Part shown: positions 34,631-36,208 of the stretch, piece after piece | Position numbering within the stretch: the first letter of the stretch is position 1 | How the letters are laid out: the number at the start of each line of letters is the position of its first letter | NCBI RefSeq assembly: GCF_001194135.2 | Contig: NC_068981.1 | Coordinates: forward strand, 127,998,333 to 128,034,540 | Source: Octopus bimaculoides | Lineage: Eukaryota | Length of the DNA stretch: 36,208 nucleotides | Direction: 5' to 3' | The notes under the pieces: model-generated | Told to the model about the DNA's origin: nothing | Seen by the model: the letters and a program-made list of their open reading frames with translations, nothing else | Databases searched by the model: none | Translations under genes and position numbers: made by a program

Positions 34631-35493
34631 CTGTGGCTCCAATTGGTTTCGTTTAAGTTTGAATGATTATTATATTCTTTTCTACTCTAGTCACAAAGCC
34701 TGAAATTTTTTCTNNNNNNNNNNNNNNNNNNNNNNNNNNNNNNNNNNNNNNNNNNNNNNNNNNNNNNNNNNNNNNNNNNNNNNNNNNNNNNNNNNNNNNN
34801 NNNNNNNNNNNNNNNNNNNNNNNNNNNNNNNNNNNNNNNNNNNNNNNNNNNNNNNNNNNNNNNNNNNNNNNNNNNNNNNNNNNNNNNNNNNNNNNNNNNN
34901 NNNNNNNNNNNNNNNNNNNNNNNNNNNNNNNNNNNNNNNNNNNNNNNNNNNNNNNNNNNNNNNNNNNNNNNNNNNNNNNNNNNNNNNNNNNNNNNNNNNN
35001 NNNNNNNNNNNNNNNNNNNNNNNNNNNNNNNNNNNNNNNNNNNNNNNNNNNNNNNNNNNNNNNNNNNNNNNNNNNNNNNNNNNNNNNNNNNNNNNNNNNN
35101 NNNNNNNNNNNNNNNNNNNNNNNNNNNNNNNNNNNNNNNNNNNNNNNNNNNNNNNNNNNNNNNNNNNNNNNNNNNNNNNNNNNNNNNNNNNNNNNNNNNN
35201 NNNNNNNNNNNNNNNNNNNNNNNNNNNNNNNNNNNNNNNNNNNNNNNNNNNNNNNNNNNNNNNNNNNNNNNNNNNNNNNNNNNNNNNNNNNNNNNNNNNN
35301 NNNNNNNNNNNNNNNNNNNNNNNNNNNNNNNNNNNNNNNNNNNNNNNNNNNNNNNNNNNNNNNNNNNNNNNNNNNNNNNNNNNNNNNNNNNNNNNNNNNN
35401 NNNNNNNNNNNNNNNNNNNNNNNNNNNNNNNNNNNNNNNNNNNNNNNNNNNNNNNNNNNNNNNNNNNNNNNNNNNNNNNNNNNNNNNNNNNNN

Positions 35494-35530
<37 letters not shown>

Positions 35531-35569
35531 GGTGTGTGCATGTGTATGTATATGTACAAGTATGTATAT

Positions 35570-35655
35570 AGTTATTTAGTCTTATTTCAAGATTTCATAC
35601 CAAGAAAGAAAGTCGGTTTTTAACCAAGATGCAAGGCTCCTTCATTGGAATTTCT
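35570..35655 (-). mobile_element. 3' UTR tip of a lineage-B R4/Dong-like LINE
   Basis: TTATTTCAAGATTTC..AAGAAAG..GGTTT.TAACCAAG..AAGGCTCCTTCA.TGGAATTT matches 965-1035. It is flanked by TATG-type repeats. Confidence 0.7.
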
Positions 35656-36162
35656 ATGTATGTTTGTATGCATGTATGTATGTATGTATGTATGTATGTA
35701 TGGATGGATGGATTGATGGCTGGCTGGCTGGATGGATGTATGCATCTTCGGGTCGTCGATGACTAAGCCGGCTCCTTTCAAGGTGAGCCTGGTGAGTAAA
35801 ATCAAAACTTGCCAAAAGAACGGATAAATCCAGCGTAAGTTCAATGATTATCTAGCAAGAGCAGAGACACTCAGGAATTCCGAGTAATTGTCCGGCGTGC
35901 TTTTGTTAAGGTATGTTTCTAGGAGAAGGTTACTCTGATGTAAAACCATATATGCAGGGATTGGTATCGAACATTTTGAGGATCTGTGTCCCGAGCTTGA
36001 GATCAATGCACTTCCACGTTCCTGAGCATGCGAGTCATATTGGTACTAATCTTTTTTCGCGCTTTGGCTTCACTGGACCATATCAACTGGGTGGAAAGGG
36101 GCCCTGAAGTGTTGTGATGATCATACTCACCTACGAGTCGATAGCCACCATGTATACATGTA

Positions 36163-36208
<46 letters not shown>

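Noticed and set aside
33205-35910. Candidate second exons of the oxidoreductase (acceptor near 34263, donor AAG|GTATGT near 35909)
   Set aside because: The phase-0 reading after the 34263 acceptor stops within 16 codons, and none of the peptides resembles a flavoprotein continuation. The next exon is probably in a gap or outside the window.
35745-36130. Coding-like GC-balanced stretch, possibly an old LINE or exon
   Set aside because: No frame gave a motif I could recognise with confidence, so it is left unassigned.

Overview
Eukaryotic, AT-rich, microsatellite-saturated scaffold from a short-read assembly with seven N-gaps. It is most likely a cephalopod (octopus); this is inferred from my recollection of its repeat families and was not verified by search. 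There is no prokaryotic content and no CRISPR array, and most long ORFs in the track are microsatellite or N-gap artefacts. The one convincing host coding segment is the first coding exon (32256-32765, +) of an apparent N-terminally membrane-anchored FAD-dependent (MICAL-monooxygenase-like) oxidoreductase. The rest is a transposon fossil bed: a Tc1/mariner DDD relic, an L1/Tx1 relic, a Gypsy protease fragment, a probable solo LTR, tRNA-derived SINEs, a hAT MITE and two foldback elements. The most striking pattern is two lineages of R4/Dong-like REL-endonuclease LINEs that sort by microsatellite. One forms a head-to-tail train joined by (TAA)n (3540-7240). The other is bounded by (CATA)n/(TATG)n, including at truncated 5' ends (954-1417, 9381-12790, 35570-35655), which suggests a tetranucleotide-targeting retrotransposon family.
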